A DNA stretch of 63,736 bases, the filler included, from Reclinomonas americana ATCC 50394 (taxonomy: Eukaryota), in assembly GCA_048213135.1 (NCBI GenBank). It is 5 parts of 2 records of this genome, joined end to end, with 100 filler letters (N's around TTAATTAATTAA, not from the genome) between each part and the next. Parts side by side here need not be neighbours in the genome. Positions count along the whole stretch, not along the records: positions 60,155 to 61,895 come from PS015146.1; positions 61,996 to 63,736 come from PS015146.1; 3 more parts are not named here. One strand, given 5' to 3'. The translations under genes were made by a program, and so were the position numbers. Of this stretch, positions 60,155 through 63,736 are shown piece by piece. The notes beneath the pieces are model-generated. The model was given only the letters and a program-made list of their open reading frames with translations, was not told where the DNA came from and did not search any database. Position 1 is the first letter of the stretch; each line of letters begins with the position of its first letter.

Positions 60155-61895
60155 TCTTCAACATGGCACGAGCGCACCACCGGCGAACGAGTGCAGGTGT
60201 TTGTCGACGGAGTGCTCTGGCTATCGACTGTGCCGAATCCGTGTCCGTGGCCGACGACGTACACCGACACCGTGGTGTGTACGGCCACCGGGCTGCAACC
60301 GAACACAAACTACACCTTCAGTGTGGCGCTGGCCAATGACGACGACTTTGGGCGTCAGCAGGTGGTCCTGGGTGCGTGCACATGTGCTGTCCTCTTCTAT
60401 TCGAATCGCAGCGCGCTGATGCGGGCTGTGCAGGGAAAACTCTCCTCGTGCACACGGCAGCGATGCGGAATGCCGGTAACCCGACTTACACGACGGCTCC
60501 AGTGTTGCGTACGGTGGATAGAAGAATGGAGGAGCGAGGACACTGAGGGCAACAGAGAAACAGTGTTTCTACGAATTTCTCTTTCCATTGCTGATAGTCG
60601 TGCCCGTATTGCAGGTTTGTACAAGCCAACGGCCCACCCAATGCAGCAGAAGGGTGAGCCTCCTGCTCTAATAATTCTGTTGCCGGTGCGCTGACTGCCT
60701 CTCTGATCAGACCCAATCCACGTTTTCAAGTCATTCAGAAGCGCGCATCTAGCGGACGGACGCGTCTCATCGATTGGCATCCCACGACATCGCCTTGCTT
60801 GTGGTTAGTCACCGTGTGCTTGCCAGTTCAGCGCTCATTCATTCACCCTTGATTTGCACTCCACAGGACCTCGGCAACTCCGGTGTTGTGCACTCTGGCC
60901 GGCCTCGAGGCGGCCACCGGCTACTCCGATCTCTTCGTGTTTGTCGTCACTGACGCGAACTCGGGAGACTTGACGCCAGCGGCGGAAACTATTGTCACTC
61001 GTTGCGTACCGCGTTCTGCGTGTACCTGCCGTCTCGCGCGCGTTGCCGTGTCGCACTCATTTGTGTTCTGTGCGCGCACAGAGTTCCATGACTTGGAGCT
61101 GTCGCTGACCGCCATGGGGCCGGCGGTTGGTGTTGGTGGACCGGTGACCGTGCAGGCCACAATGGTGGATGTTGATCGCACTCGGCCGTTGGTACGAGAC
61201 GTGCCGGTGGTGTTCACGTGGACATGCTCGTTCGGGGGCACACCCTGTGGGGCATCCGTCGTTTCGACGGCGCGAACTGCGGTGCTGACAATTGCCACCG
61301 GCTTCAGCGCCCCGGGAATGTTACGTAGCGAGTTCACCCAGAGTGTTTGACGGTCGGAAACGTGGACTTCTCATGTCTCTTCCTACAGCTATTCATTTGG
61401 GTGCACAGTGACTCGAGGAACTCGCAACCGGCACGCGACCGCAGACGTGACAGTCCAGGGAGAAGAATCTGTCGCATTCAGAGTGGTTTGTCGATGTTCA
61501 CTTGCTTGTCCTCACATGGTGGTGTTGTTCTTCATCATGGTGTTGCGTGCACAGGTCTCGGCGTCACCCTTGGCTGTCGGTGCTTCAACTGCACGGCTGA
61601 ACCCACTGCGCTCCATTTCAATCACCGCCACTGCATTCGGCACTACCGCAGATACCAGATTTTCGTGGCGAGCGTATGAGCAAGGTATCAGTGATTCAGC
61701 GAGACGTGTACGCAGTCGTGTAACTGACTACACCAAATCATATCTGTGTGTCGAATGCAGGATCGACGCAGGATCTGCGGCTCGGCTTGCCTGATTTCGA
61801 TTTTCTTCTGTCGGCTCCCGGACAGCCGCCTGCTGTGCGCATCAAGGAGGGCGTCTTTGAGGGCAACAAGAAGTACGTGTTTGAGTTGTTGGCAC
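60155..61895 (+). CDS. Internal fragment of an extracellular FN3 + REJ-like domain protein (polycystin-1-like)
   Basis: FN3 signature TGLQPNTNYTFSVAL and a second LAGLEAATGY. REJ-like blocks VVFTWTC...C, TRFSW and VRIKEGVFEGNKKYVFELLA. Confidence 0.6.
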
Positions 61896-61995
61896 NNNNN
61901 NNNNNNNNNNNNNNNNNNNNNNNNNNNNNNNNNNNNNNNTTAATTAATTAANNNNNNNNNNNNNNNNNNNNNNNNNNNNNNNNNNNNNNNNNNNN

Positions 61996-62639
61996 CTGTA
62001 CACCAACGCCGTGTTTGCCGAGCAAGCCACCGTCACGGGCGGTGGTTCTGCCTTCCTTCGCGAAATGCTGATTGGCATCATCTCTGGTTTCGTGCACTCA
62101 GATCTATTCACCGTGTTGCCATTGTGGTGTTCCTCACGCTTGTCTGCAGGCGTGATTATGGCACCGGTGGTGTGGGTTGTGTCGCAGATATTCATCCGCA
62201 CGCCGCGTATGGCAATGCAGCTGCGTTCCGCTCACGAGACAACAATGGGCAAGCGTTTCACGGAGCGGGTAGAGGTGACATCCATTGACTTGCCCGCCGA
62301 CGATGCAAGCGACTTGGAGTGCGCAGAGTCGGCTCGCAAGGTGATTTTCATGTGGAGTGGGAGGATGTGGCGTGCAATCAAGTTCGCGAGGTAACAGCAA
62401 TGTGTTTCTTAACACGCGCGCAGAGCCAGCACACCATGATACACGTGGTGTCTGCTCGGGGGCAACCACCACCACCGCCTCCGCCTCCGCGCGTTGCTCG
62501 ACTGCGAGTGCGCGGCGAATCCAGCACACACTTGCTCACTGCCGTGTCTCAACTGCGAAGGAATGATGTTTTTGGCGCGCTTTTGCACTACGCACAACAC
62601 GGCCGAGAGAGAGCAGTTGCGTCGATGTGGGAGGAGTGA
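61996..62639 (+). CDS. Transmembrane fragment resembling a polycystin-1-family TM segment
   Basis: Spliced REMLIGIISGVIMAPVVWVVSQIF resembles the PKD1/PKD1L xxVGxxSxLIxxPxxxxxxxIF helix. Same strand and directly downstream of the REJ fragment, but across a linker. Confidence 0.45.
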
Positions 62640-63400
62640 TAGGAGGGGGCGATGAGAGAAAGAGGAGAGGAGAGGAAAGAGAAATGGAAGAACAGGGTGA
62701 GGGAAAGAGGAGGATGGTGGTGAAAAGGTCTCGATTCCGGGGAGGAAAGACGGGAGTGAGGGGAAAGGGTTGAGGAACTAGCTTGATGTGAGAAGAGGAA
62801 GGAGGTGAAAATGGATGAGGTGATAGGGTCAAGCTGTTGATGGAGGAAAGAAGTTGATGCGCGAGGAGTGAGAAAAAGAGGTTGGCAACTGCCTCGATAA
62901 GGGAGGAAAATGATGGCAGTGATAAATGGTGAGGTCAGAGTGAGAGACAAGAGATGAGCAGATTGTTGATGTGGGGGAGGAGGATAGGAGGGGCGCGAGT
63001 TCGAAGGTATCTGCGCAGATGAAGTGGATCCATGGAAGAGGGACGAACGCTATCCGAGAAGAATCGGGAGAAGGAGAAGGTGGACCGAGGGAATGGTTAA
63101 ATGAGGGGAAACTGAGATGAGTGAGAAGGAACAAGCTCAGTGGAGAGGAGGAATGGGAAGAAGGCAAAGTGAGGCGGTGAAGATGGAGGATTGAGTAGCT
63201 GGAAGAGGGAAACAAACCCGATGCGAGAGTGAGGTCTTAACTGTTACTGGAGTGAGGGAAAAGTAAGGTAGATTGCACACACGTGATGGGTTGCAGTTGG
63301 ATGCAGAATGAGCTTGTGGTGGAGACTGGGGCAGGACGCAGTTCTTGTATTCAACTCGGAGTATGCCAGAGTGGTGCTTCGAGATTTCATTCTTGCTCAC
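62640..63400 (-). mobile_element. Possible degenerate non-LTR retrotransposon (APE-endonuclease-like) relic
   Basis: Abrupt switch to purine-rich plus strand and loss of intron signals. Broken minus-strand ORFs show faint APE-like order (YSILHLHR, FICADTFELAPLLSS similar to GDFNAHHPLW, LDPIT). Catalytic motifs are not intact. Confidence 0.3.
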
Positions 63401-63736
63401 AGACACTGCTTTCTCCACCTTGTATCCGTGCACAATTGGCGCTCAAGTCGCCACCACTCCGTTCCTTGATATCTCTCCGTTGCCAAACCTGTCTCATGAC
63501 TGATCGGTCCATCAGGTCCCCGTTGGCTTCTCGCTGGCGGCGCTGCAGCGCGAGTTCTTCGGGTGGGTGCACAGAACAGGGATGGGCAAGGAGAGCTTGG
63601 CACCGGATATGTCTGCCGATGAGTTCCAGCGTCTTTGGCTTGCGCAATACGCCATGGAGGGTGCCAGTGCCGATGGCCCCGGGAACGACCTGCTGGATTC
63701 GCGCGCTCGCCTGCTGTCCTTTGTGTCAGACAAGGA

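Noticed and set aside
60372-60870. Apparent long intron that might host an ncRNA
   Set aside because: It resolves into three small in-phase exons of a second FN3-like domain.
1-63736. tRNA, rRNA or snRNA genes
   Set aside because: None recognisable by eye; a tRNAscan/Infernal run would be needed to exclude them.

Overview
Eukaryotic, GC-rich, very gene-dense draft scaffold from an intron-rich protist, probably flagellated; the taxon cannot be determined from sequence alone. It contains N-gaps and four artificial TTAATTAATTAA contig linkers. Hand-splicing of short (~55-100 nt) GT-AG introns recovers about 18 genes: a coiled-coil gene with a duplicated 1.26 kb block, UvrD/PcrA/Srs2-type helicase, secreted thioredoxin-fold protein (one exon block inverted between gaps), two orphan coiled-coil genes, a kinesin, TTC14, COG4, a MAPR/cytochrome b5 protein, cytosolic IleRS, a NOL8-like gene, a divergent Sec24, an EF-hand protein, a Zn-finger/endonuclease VII-like protein, a tetraspan-calflagin fusion, a class 3 lipase, an acylated P-loop/TPR protein and an FN3/REJ polycystin-1-like gene. 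The most striking signal is a second, abundant 5' splice-site class, |GTTGCG (28 traced by hand). In 26 of the 28 the last exon base is not G, so it looks like the main G|GTGCG donor shifted by one nucleotide. All gene models are manual and lack RNA support.
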